A DNA stretch of 64,000 nucleotides, taken from an uncultured Gemmatimonadaceae bacterium (GTDB taxonomy: Bacteria; Gemmatimonadota; Gemmatimonadetes; Gemmatimonadales; Gemmatimonadaceae). Below are positions 62,850 to 64,000 of the stretch, piece by piece. The position numbers and the translations under genes are program-made. Positions within the stretch are counted from its first letter, which is position 1. Each line of letters begins with the position of its first letter. Location of the stretch: the NCBI GenBank assembly GCA_963829055.1, contig CAWHHI010000016.1, positions 800,001-864,000 of the forward strand, written 5' to 3'. Below the pieces are notes generated by a model. The model saw only the letters and a list, made by a program, of their open reading frames with translations. It was not told the DNA's origin and made no database searches.

Positions 62850-64000
<1,151 letters not shown>

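Overview
High-GC (about 68% by eye) bacterial chromosomal core region. Gene content and order suggest a Gemmatimonadota-like organism, but this is an unverified inference. The left half holds alr (partial), mazG, asnS, a sensor kinase plus lipoprotein, recG, ftsY, an M23 peptidase and a dcw cluster (rsmH-ftsL-ftsI-murE-murF-mraY-murD-ftsW-murG-murC-ftsQ-ftsA-ftsZ, no mraZ). The right half is a ~32 kb nearly unbroken minus-strand run: ftsH-folP-cdaA-DUF2723-yggS-divIVA-PNP-ileS-dksA/traR-lspA-rluD leads into a ~19 kb signalling cluster, followed by tRNA-Val. That cluster joins a chemosensory set with no receptor gene in the window (cheW x3, cheY, cheA, cheC, cheR, cheD, cheB) to an MglA GTPase, three roadblock/MglB-like domains, two DUF4388-TPR proteins, further TPR proteins and a protein with two tandem DnaA-type AAA+ modules but no DNA-binding domain. 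Three non-coding signals stand out: (1) a family of 7-nt-period inverted-repeat elements at gene junctions and inside ileS, with one arm next to a four-helix-bundle gene; (2) an apparently over-represented, strand-balanced motif CCTAAC(G)/(C)GTTAGG, at least 47 copies counted by eye; (3) a ~380-bp nested palindrome between mazG and asnS. About 15-20 small frameshifts, several in essential genes, most likely reflect long-read indel errors.
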